From: a virus
Length of the DNA stretch: 64,000 nucleotides
Strand: one strand, 5' to 3'
IMG/VR virus record: IMGVR_UViG_3300021594_000641
Location: 1-64,000 of that record
Part shown: in pieces, positions 9,007 through 15,199 of the stretch
Numbering within the stretch: the first letter of the stretch is position 1
Layout: the number at the start of each line of letters is the position of its first letter
Notes under the pieces: model-generated
Databases searched by the model: none
What the model was told of the DNA's origin: nothing
What the model saw: the letters and a program-made list of their open reading frames with translations, nothing else
Position numbers and translations under genes: made by a program

Positions 9007-9241
9007 AATTGTTGTTAGAGTCTTTCTTGTCCATAGCCTCGGACATGTATCCGCATGGCGGATACCAGCTCAAGAAAGCTTCTTTTATTTTCTCTTTGTT
9101 TTCTTCTACTCCTTGTCCCTGCATGGAAACTGTCGACTTTGAGCTGTCTCTGTACTCAAAAACCTTCCAGTCTTTTGTTTCTTCCGGCGTGAAAATTTCG
9201 TTGAGATACCCAAGGCTTTTCAACTGTATAGGTAAACCCAT
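8969..9241 (-). CDS. hypothetical protein
   Basis: ORF in the minus-strand run. Confidence 0.55.
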   Translation of the reverse strand: MGLPIQLKSLGYLNEIFTPEETKDWKVFEYRDSSKSTVSMQGQGVEENKEKIKEAFLSWYPPCGYMSEAMDKKDSNNNFVLVLDRWLSCD

Positions 9242-9255
9242 GACTCTTTCCTTTC

Positions 9256-9504
9256 TTAAAACAACTCTGGAAAATTAGCCTTGAGCGTGTCGTCTGATAC
9301 ACTTTCAAGTCTGTCAGTTCCAACTAAGAAATCTTCCATCTTGTCTTCTGAAAGTTCTATTCCTGGCACCAACCTTTCTGTTTCAGAAATCTTTCTCCAA
9401 CATTTTTGTTTTGCCTCTAGCGCTTCTCTTAATAATCGAAGCTTCTCTTGGGACATACGATAAAAACCCTCCTGGGAAACTGTAGTAAAATTTGCTGCAG
9501 CCAA
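9256..9504 (-). CDS. hypothetical protein
   Basis: ORF; probable start at MSQEKL (9456). Confidence 0.5.
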   Translation of the reverse strand: MAAANFTTVSQEGFYRMSQEKLRLLREALEAKQKCWRKISETERLVPGIELSEDKMEDFLVGTDRLESVSDDTLKANFPELF

Positions 9505-9838
9505 GTGCGGTCATCATCTTGGTGCAAGCAGCACAGGGCTTGCTTATTCGCAAATCCCCTTGTTTGTTCATCCTCACGTTCACTATTTGAAAAGGAGGTT
9601 TAACTGGAGACTTTCTATAAGCCGCCAGTTCTGAGTGCCACTTAGGTCTAAACCCTTTGTCCCAGTTTCGGTGATACCCGTAATGCCTGGGAGGTTCTTT
9701 CTTTGAGTTGGTTGCCCAACTTACCAAAACACCGTCTTTTATTACGAAACTGTAATGCGGGAAATTTTTTAGCTCTGGATGCTTACTTAATTTTTTTAAA
9801 CAAGTAGACAGTATCTTATCCACAAGTTTCTTCTTCAT
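9383..9838 (-). CDS. zinc-dependent deaminase (cytidine/dCMP deaminase fold)
   Basis: HxE (WHSELAA) and PCxxC (SKPCAAC) motifs; start set at MKKKL after AGGA. Confidence 0.8.
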   Translation of the reverse strand: MKKKLVDKILSTCLKKLSKHPELKNFPHYSFVIKDGVLVSWATNSKKEPPRHYGYHRNWDKGFRPKWHSELAAYRKSPVKPPFQIVNVRMNKQGDLRISKPCAACTKMMTALGCSKFYYSFPGGFLSYVPREASIIKRSARGKTKMLEKDF

Positions 9839-9874
9839 AGCGTTCCTTTCTTTAAACACAAACTTAGCTAGGTT

Positions 9875-10037
9875 AAATCGCTTGTCTTTTTTGAAAAAAG
9901 TCAAGTGATTGGCTTTGCTAAGAAGTTTAGTAAAGAAAAGTTAACTAACTTGTTTTTAAATTTTTGTATAAAAAATTTACAAAAATTATAGCAAATGCCA
10001 AATCGCTTGACTTTTTTAAAAAAAGTCAAGCGATTTG
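9875..10037. repeat. two copies of a palindromic element
   Basis: 9999-10037 CAAATCGCTTGACTTTTTT-A-AAAAAAGTCAAGCGATTTG is a perfect 19-bp-arm palindrome; 9875-9911 is a near-identical copy. Confidence 0.9.
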
Positions 10038-10071
10038 AACTCATACAACTTTGCGTGACAGCGTGACAAAC

Positions 10072-11325
10072 TTATTGTATTAACACGGTTATACTAAAGT
10101 CGTTAGCAGCGTTAATTAGCCTGTTAAGCATGTTAGACCAGTTCCAATCGTACTGACCTATTGTCCTTTCGGCCTTGTTTATTACAATTGTTCCGCAGTC
10201 TTCCTTAACTGCCCAGTCTACCAATCTTCTTACCCAAGCCTTGTTGTAGTCTTCTATCACCCTTTCTCGGTTTAAAGTATTCCTGTCTCGTACAGCTTGG
10301 TGCCTAAGCCAGGCTCTCCTGTGTCCCCAAGGTCTTGTCTTACTACCGCAGGCTGACACCCTCTTGTCTAAAGCTTTAGACCTTTGTTGATGCTGAGCCA
10401 GCCAGGCCAGCACAGCCTCCTGGTCTATGAGTAAAGGCTTTATTTTTTTCTCTCCTTTCATTTCAGTCTTCGCTGAAATTAAATACTGTTTATTAGTTTC
10501 TAGCTTGTTGTTTATATCTATTCTTAAAGTGTTAGGCCTTTCTGTTGTATCCTTTTTGTTTCGCTCATAGGCTATTCTTAAACAAAGCTGGTCAGGCTTT
10601 GAATCCTTTCTCTTGTAATTTATGTCCACAGACAAAAACTTGTACTCTGGGTTCTCCTGGTTCCAACCTTCTTTTATTTTCCTCCATACCGCGTTCCTCA
10701 TGCCGTCAAGGTTGCCTATTTTGAAAGCAACCTCTCCAACGTCTTTACGCCAAGACAAAGTCAAAGTCCTTTTTACGAAAGCTTTTTTCTTCAAATGAGC
10801 CGCGAACATTGTTATTGGTACTCTCTCCATCCTAGGCTCTTTTCTAACGGCCTGAAGATGCAGAAAATTTCTTTTAGCGTTATAGACCGGATCGCCGGAT
10901 TTATAAGCTTTTGTCACCTTTTCCCTGACGTCATCAAACAGAAGCGATTTGGCGTTTCCAGCGTACAAGTCTTCAAGAACTACGCTCCTGAGCTCGTACA
11001 TAGTCATTCCGGACTTTCCTCCAAACAGGGATTTTAAAGTATCACTTGTAGCTTCCTTGTTTGGCACAAGGACTATGTTAGTGTCATCTCCGTTGGAGAC
11101 GTGCCGTATAGTAGCTCCCGACAGCAGAGCTTGACCGTATATGGCTGACACTTTCTTGCATACTTTTCTGTGGTCATCTATTGAAGTTATGACTCTTCTT
11201 TTAAGAGCGCGCTCAGCCTCAATTATTTCTTCCTTTGTGGCTTTATCGTCCACTTCAGGAACTACAAAAACATCGAGGCCGAGCGTCAAAATTACCTTGT
11301 TGCTGACAACTGTCTCAGTAGCCAT
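10072..11325 (-). CDS. Cas12f/TnpB-like protein, predicted nuclease-dead and C-terminally truncated
   Basis: WED-like RKIKEG..EYK..DINY..LRIAY; RuvC-I position RIDIN (canonical GxDLG); bridge-helix region SACGSKTRPWGHRR; RERVIEDYNKAWVRRLVDWAVKEDCGTIVINK (canonical ...A.k..cGtI.mEdL, E replaced by N); ends WNWSNMLNRLINAANDFSITVLIQ, before the TSqrC Zn ribbon and RuvC-III. Confidence 0.75.
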   Translation of the reverse strand: MATETVVSNKVILTLGLDVFVVPEVDDKATKEEIIEAERALKRRVITSIDDHRKVCKKVSAIYGQALLSGATIRHVSNGDDTNIVLVPNKEATSDTLKSLFGGKSGMTMYELRSVVLEDLYAGNAKSLLFDDVREKVTKAYKSGDPVYNAKRNFLHLQAVRKEPRMERVPITMFAAHLKKKAFVKRTLTLSWRKDVGEVAFKIGNLDGMRNAVWRKIKEGWNQENPEYKFLSVDINYKRKDSKPDQLCLRIAYERNKKDTTERPNTLRIDINNKLETNKQYLISAKTEMKGEKKIKPLLIDQEAVLAWLAQHQQRSKALDKRVSACGSKTRPWGHRRAWLRHQAVRDRNTLNRERVIEDYNKAWVRRLVDWAVKEDCGTIVINKAERTIGQYDWNWSNMLNRLINAANDFSITVLIQ

Positions 11326-11335
11326 TGGAATCCTT

Positions 11336-11668
11336 TCAGTCAGTTACAGCCTTGAACCATAAGACCCCGGCTATTGCGATGGTCAAGGCTATCCATCCTT
11401 GCCACCCTATGCTCTTTTCTTGCAGCATCGCCGGTATTACTGCATATAGAGCTACGATTATTATGTCCCACGCCATCGAGAAGGCGATTATCTTATCCGT
11501 GTCGTTCATTGTCTTTACAGTGAAGACCCAGAGAAGAGAGGACATAATACTTACAGACATGCTGATAGGAAGAAAAAAGTTAGAGTCTCGAATCTCTTGT
11601 TTGTAAGTAGCCATTGAAGCAATGGAGTATATCAAAGTAACCATCAATAAACTCACTATTGCTACCAC
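11336..11668 (-). CDS. small 4-TM membrane protein (SMR/DMT-like size and topology)
   Basis: Four hydrophobic segments in 110 aa. Confidence 0.6.
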   Translation of the reverse strand: MVAIVSLLMVTLIYSIASMATYKQEIRDSNFFLPISMSVSIMSSLLWVFTVKTMNDTDKIIAFSMAWDIIIVALYAVIPAMLQEKSIGWQGWIALTIAIAGVLWFKAVTD

Positions 11669-11720
11669 AGCGCCTCCCAGCTTTTAAAAAGCAAAGGCTC
11701 GAAGCGAGCCCTTACTGATT

Positions 11721-12104
11721 CTAAACTGAGTGGCCTTCCAACTCTATAGCTACGATCTGCTCAACTTTTCTAAGAGCCTCAGTCCTTACCCCGGCTTTTC
11801 TTGCCTGATCAGCAAGCTCTTTTGCTGTCTTAAGCAAATCGACCATTTGATCAGAAATATTTTCCATAACGCCTACAGACTCTTCCATTCTGTCTATCAA
11901 GCTGTTGTAACTGTCGGAATATTCCTTCAGTAGCAATTTTGTTTTTATTACTTCATCCACCAAGTACTGGACTGCTTTTTCTTCAGTCACGTCCCCTTGG
12001 TTGAAAGCCTCTACAGTCTTTTTTATCTCTTCGTGCTTCTTTAAGTCTTTGGCTTTTATTTTTTCTTCCAGCCCAGGAACTCTGTAAACAATATTCCTTG
12101 CCAT
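11721..12104 (-). CDS. hypothetical coiled-coil protein
   Basis: Start MARNIV follows an AAGGAG RBS. Confidence 0.65.
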   Translation of the reverse strand: MARNIVYRVPGLEEKIKAKDLKKHEEIKKTVEAFNQGDVTEEKAVQYLVDEVIKTKLLLKEYSDSYNSLIDRMEESVGVMENISDQMVDLLKTAKELADQARKAGVRTEALRKVEQIVAIELEGHSV

Positions 12105-12123
12105 ACTTGTCTCCTTGTAAAAC

Positions 12124-12153
12124 AAAAACCCCAGCTGCTACTAACAGCTGGGG
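12124..12153 (-). terminator. intrinsic terminator after the tRNA cluster
   Basis: CCCCAGCTG-7nt-CAGCTGGGG followed by TTTTT on the minus strand. Confidence 0.8.
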
Positions 12154-12156
12154 CAT

Positions 12157-12230
12157 TACTCTCGGCGGGAATCGAACCCACAACCTGCGGAGTAGAAATC
12201 CGCTGCTCTATCCAGTTGAGCTACGAGAGC
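12157..12230 (-). tRNA. tRNA-Arg (UCU)
   Basis: Cloverleaf GCTCTCG...; anticodon arm GCGGA-TT TCT AC-TCCGC; GGTTCGATTCC T-arm; no encoded CCA. Confidence 0.95.
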
Positions 12231-12233
12231 TTA

Positions 12234-12305
12234 AGCCACCGGAGGGACTCGAACCCTCAACCCCTGGTTTACAAAACCAGAGCTCTACCGTTGAGCTACA
12301 GTGGC
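12234..12305 (-). tRNA. tRNA-Thr (UGU)
   Basis: Anticodon arm CTGGT-TT TGT AA-ACCAG; canonical D and T arms. Confidence 0.95.
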
Positions 12306-12309
12306 TAAT

Positions 12310-12381
12310 TGGACTCGGAAGGGATCGAACCTTCGACCGGACGTATATAAGACGTCTGCTCTCCCGCTGAGCTACGAGTCC
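12310..12381 (-). tRNA. tRNA-Ile (UAU)
   Basis: Anticodon arm GACGT-CT TAT AT-ACGTC; acceptor GGACTCG/CGAGTCC, A73. Confidence 0.9.
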
Positions 12382-12383
12382 TT

Positions 12384-12420
12384 AAAATAACGCAGGAGAG
12401 TTTAAGCTCTCCTGCGTTAT
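12384..12420 (-). terminator. hairpin terminator
   Basis: ATAACGCAGGAGAG-6nt-CTCTCCTGCGTTAT, 14-bp stem with a short U tract on the minus strand. Confidence 0.7.
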
Positions 12421-12441
12421 CATCTGGTCAGTTAAACTGAC

Positions 12442-12816
12442 TTAGTAACGGCAGCAGGCGTAGAACATGCCGTTGCTGCCTTGGGCAATACCCACTTCAC
12501 GGGGTTGCCAGCGATTGCGGAAGCAGCAGTTCATCTCTGCTGCGTACGGCGTGGATCCGCATCCAACGCCTTCATAGCCAGAATTACCACCGAAGTGGCC
12601 AATCCTTAATAGGCTGGCCATGTGGTTGGCCACGCCTTGAGCTGTTGAAAACGTTCCAGCAGCTACTGTCCTTACTGGTCCTTGGTTAGTTCCTCCGCCT
12701 TGCCCTCCGTTCCCGCGACGGTTGAACAGTCCAAAAGGACCAGCCTGCACGGTTGAGGCAACAGTGGCGACCATGCCAGCGGCTAGGACAGTCTTCAAAA
12801 TCTTACTACGCATCAT
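12442..12816 (-). CDS. secreted protein with a minimal CAP/SCP-like domain
   Basis: Signal peptide ending VQA; AQGVA..MA.....H......EGVG...G.A.G.NG.FYAC pattern. Confidence 0.6.
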   Translation of the reverse strand: MMRSKILKTVLAAGMVATVASTVQAGPFGLFNRRGNGGQGGGTNQGPVRTVAAGTFSTAQGVANHMASLLRIGHFGGNSGYEGVGCGSTPYAAEMNCCFRNRWQPREVGIAQGSNGMFYACCRY

Positions 12817-12836
12817 GCACCTCTCTTTTTTTAAAC

Positions 12837-13118
12837 TTACTTACCTGCAGGCACTGCGATGTCAGGACCGTGCTTTTGATGCACAGTCTTGACAGCTTCC
12901 TTTTTAGGTGAGGCTACTAGGCCTTCCTTGCCCTTTGTTACTGGACTGATTGATCCATCAGACCAGCGAAGAGCGGGCGTTCCGTCCTTCTGGACGATGA
13001 TCTCAACCTTCTCCGTATGACGAGCCTCTCGGCGCTCTTTAATCCTTTCAAAAACTCCGGCTGTCGCCGTGCTACCTACTACCAAAGCCGCGCTTGCTGC
13101 CAAAACGATTCTCAACAT
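12837..13118 (-). CDS. small secreted protein
   Basis: Signal peptide MLRIVLAASAALVVGSTATA. Confidence 0.65.
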   Translation of the reverse strand: MLRIVLAASAALVVGSTATAGVFERIKERREARHTEKVEIIVQKDGTPALRWSDGSISPVTKGKEGLVASPKKEAVKTVHQKHGPDIAVPAGK

Positions 13119-13140
13119 GTCAAAACCCTTTCTTAAGAAA

Positions 13141-13272
13141 ACAAAAACAGGAACTTCCTGTCTTACTGAAAATACGAGTTTCTGAGAAACCCGTCAGACC
13201 CTTAACCATTACTGGTTCGCCTCTCCTGGCGTTGCGTTTCATATTGAAACACTCAGGCTTAAGGGTAAGCCT
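13141..13272 (-). ncRNA. putative structured ncRNA sharing its 5' motif with the CRISPR leaders
   Basis: Starts AGGCUUACCCUUAAGCCU (identical 18 nt to 13845-13862); ACCCUUAA/UUAAGGGU encloses three small hairpins; then a long hairpin and a terminator ACAGGA-AGU-UCCUGU-UUUU. Confidence 0.55.
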
Positions 13273-13282
13273 TTTGATTGAT

Positions 13283-13319
13283 ACCCCTAGAGGCCTAGGT
13301 TGGCAAGGCCTCTAGGGGT
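13283..13319. terminator. 14-bp GC-rich hairpin
   Basis: ACCCCTAGAGGCCT-9nt-AGGCCTCTAGGGGT; no clear U tract on the minus strand. Confidence 0.45.
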
Positions 13320-13487
13320 TTGATGCCTTTAAGTTGCTGCAGCATCGTTCCCGGTCCTGAAACGATTCTGGTGGTTAAGTGTCCTTAAGACGGTTGGAGT
13401 TATTACCATCAGACACTTCGTATGAGGTCTCGTACCGTTCCCTCCCTACCGCAGCAAAAGCTCCGACAAAGCTTTCCTCAAAGGCCA

Positions 13488-13560
<73 letters not shown>

Positions 13561-13578
13561 TTTTATTTTTACTGCCTT

Positions 13579-13793
13579 TCTCTTATCCACGCACACGTGG
13601 GTGAGACGCCCTGGTGGACCTGGCCGACTATTCGTCCGTACCCCTTATCCACGCACGCGTGGGTGAGACGATGAGTTGGACAACTCCAACATTCCTCAAA
13701 TCCCCCTTATCCACGCACGCGTGGGTGAGACGATGACGCGGATGAAGCTTGGCTGGAAACGGTTCCCCTTATCCACGCACGCGTGGGTGAGAC
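13579..13793 (-). CRISPR. CRISPR mini-array 1: 4 repeats, 3 spacers of 33 bp
   Basis: Repeat (minus strand) GTCTCACCCACGCGTGCGTGGATAAGGGG at 13579, 13641, 13703 and 13765; 62-bp period; the degenerate repeat is at the low-coordinate end. Confidence 0.95.
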
Positions 13794-13856
13794 CCTAAAG
13801 TCTCACCAGTCCATCCGGACATTACAGTTCGTTACGAACTGTTTAGGCTTAAGGGT
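13794..13856 (-). promoter_or_regulatory. conserved structured leader / cis anti-repeat of array 1
   Basis: 63 nt; differs from the leaders of arrays 2 and 3 by one substitution and one 1-nt insertion. Confidence 0.9.
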
Positions 13857-13862
13857 AAGCCT

Positions 13863-14399
13863 CTAACGTATGAAGTTATAGTAACAAAGATATTTGTCAA
13901 GTTTGGTGCAACCTACTTTGTCGTATATTTTTTCTGCGAGTATTCCGTCAGCCGCATACGCGCTTTCATGAAAACGAAAGTTCTTCAAAATTTCCCAACG
14001 AATCATAAAGCAAGCCGTGTCTATTATGTTAACCCTTGGCTCAGTCACTGGCTTTAGTCTTATTTGTCCGTTCTTATGCAACTGACCCCAAACTATAAAG
14101 TTATTATTTTTTAAATGATCAGAGACCCCTTTCAGCCATTCTGGATGTACCACGTTGTCATCGTCCAAAAAATACACCCAGTCTGAGTCATCCGCCTGTA
14201 GATTTTCCATGACGTAGTTTCTAGTCATGTTTCCAAAATTTCCAGAATACGGCGACTTTACAATCTTGGCTTTTTCTACTATTACTTCTTTTTCTACTTT
14301 GGCGTCCAAGCCTATCCACCAAAGACAAGTCTCTGGTATAGATTTTTTTATTATCTCTAAGTTCTCAGGCCTAGAGCATGGTGTTATGATATGTATCAT
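13863..14399 (-). CDS. glycosyltransferase family 2-like (GT-A fold)
   Basis: IITPCSRP, WVYFLDDDN (DxD), IDTACF and ADG motifs. Confidence 0.75.
   Translation of the reverse strand: MIHIITPCSRPENLEIIKKSIPETCLWWIGLDAKVEKEVIVEKAKIVKSPYSGNFGNMTRNYVMENLQADDSDWVYFLDDDNVVHPEWLKGVSDHLKNNNFIVWGQLHKNGQIRLKPVTEPRVNIIDTACFMIRWEILKNFRFHESAYAADGILAEKIYDKVGCTKLDKYLCYYNFIR
13873..13900 (-). promoter_or_regulatory. candidate sigma70 promoter for array 1
   Basis: TTGACA-16nt-TAACTT inside the 3' end of the upstream gene; would start transcription just before AGAGGCTTACCC. Confidence 0.45.
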
Positions 14400-14475
14400 T
14401 TTATTTACTAGCCTAAATGAAGCTGCAGGGACTAAGCTAATTAAACTTAATCCCTGCAGTTCACGCTAGTCCATA

Positions 14476-14823
14476 CTAGAACTCAGTCTGAGCGGCCTCC
14501 TCAAAATGTGACAAAGTTTTCTTGACCTGTGCTACCAGATTAAGAACTTTCTGGTTAACCTCATCCTGGGCTACTATGCCCTGTAGGATGTTAATCTTTG
14601 ATTCAAGCCGATCTAGGTCTGCTTGAATCGATTCAAATTTTTTAAGCTTCTCTTCCAAAGCTATAAACTTCCGAGAAAGATTGGTGTAGTCTTGCTCGGC
14701 CTGCTCAACTTTTAGCTTGAAGTTGTTCTCAAGAACTACTAAGTTCTTTGAGTTAAACGCGCAAGCTTCTGAGAGGTCTGATAGCCTCTCCAAAGTTTCT
14801 TTGCTCTTTTTTGTTCCAAACAT
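14476..14823 (-). CDS. coiled-coil protein
   Basis: Extended heptad pattern. Confidence 0.6.
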   Translation of the reverse strand: MFGTKKSKETLERLSDLSEACAFNSKNLVVLENNFKLKVEQAEQDYTNLSRKFIALEEKLKKFESIQADLDRLESKINILQGIVAQDEVNQKVLNLVAQVKKTLSHFEEAAQTEF

Positions 14824-15179
14824 TAGCAGCAGCCTCCATTATTTTTGAGCATTTCCTTTTTGACCTGCACAAATTGTTTAATTTTGTTCAGGTACTGCTC
14901 GTATTCCTTCTTTCTCATTTCATTGCCTTCTCTCACGGCTCTAGGGATAACACCTCCAATACGTGAGTTGAGAAGGTTCTTCCTCCACCGAATTTGGTGC
15001 TTTGGCCATTTCAAAATCTTTGCTGCTTCAGAATATTTGAAGCCAGCTTTGAACCAAGCGTTGATGAGTTTTACCTCCCAACGCATTTCTGAGCCTCTCA
15101 TCTGAGGCAAGTTTATTTTTGCCTCTACTTTCAGCTTGTAAGCTGACTTGTAAACTGACTTGTACGTAGCCTTGTACAT
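14823..15179 (-). CDS. basic protein, possible HTH
   Basis: GFKYSEAAKILKWPKHQIRWR is HTH-like; GGAAGGA RBS. Confidence 0.5.
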   Translation of the reverse strand: MYKATYKSVYKSAYKLKVEAKINLPQMRGSEMRWEVKLINAWFKAGFKYSEAAKILKWPKHQIRWRKNLLNSRIGGVIPRAVREGNEMRKKEYEQYLNKIKQFVQVKKEMLKNNGGCC

Positions 15180-15199
15180 AGGATCCTTCCCTCTCTCAA

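Noticed and set aside
10072-11325. Active IS200/IS605 or IS607 element
   Set aside because: No tnpA (Y1 or serine) nearby, catalytic motifs are lost, and no defined element ends were identified
13236-13250. GTTTCATATTGAAAC as a second CRISPR repeat family (ends ATTGAAAC)
   Set aside because: Only one copy was seen; it is better explained as hairpin 1 of the orphan scaffold RNA
13460-13487. RNase P RNA or tmRNA (GAGGAAAG on the minus strand)
   Set aside because: Not followed by UCC, no matching 3' P4 strand, and no tmRNA tag or tRNA-like ends
13608-13764. All spacers antisense to mRNA (type III-like RNA targeting)
   Set aside because: The array 1 spacers read as peptides on +, but 29024-29055 (KKRFEDLILK) and 30368-30400 (LENREMALLR) read better on -; 11-codon stretches are open by chance
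13579-13793. Plus-strand transcription of the arrays (repeat ending GTGAGAC-G, like a type I-E handle)
   Set aside because: Degenerate repeats are at the low-coordinate ends, the conserved leader is at the high end, a minus-strand terminator follows array 2, flanking genes and tRNA are minus-strand, and the array 1 variant gives a U-G pair only on the minus strand
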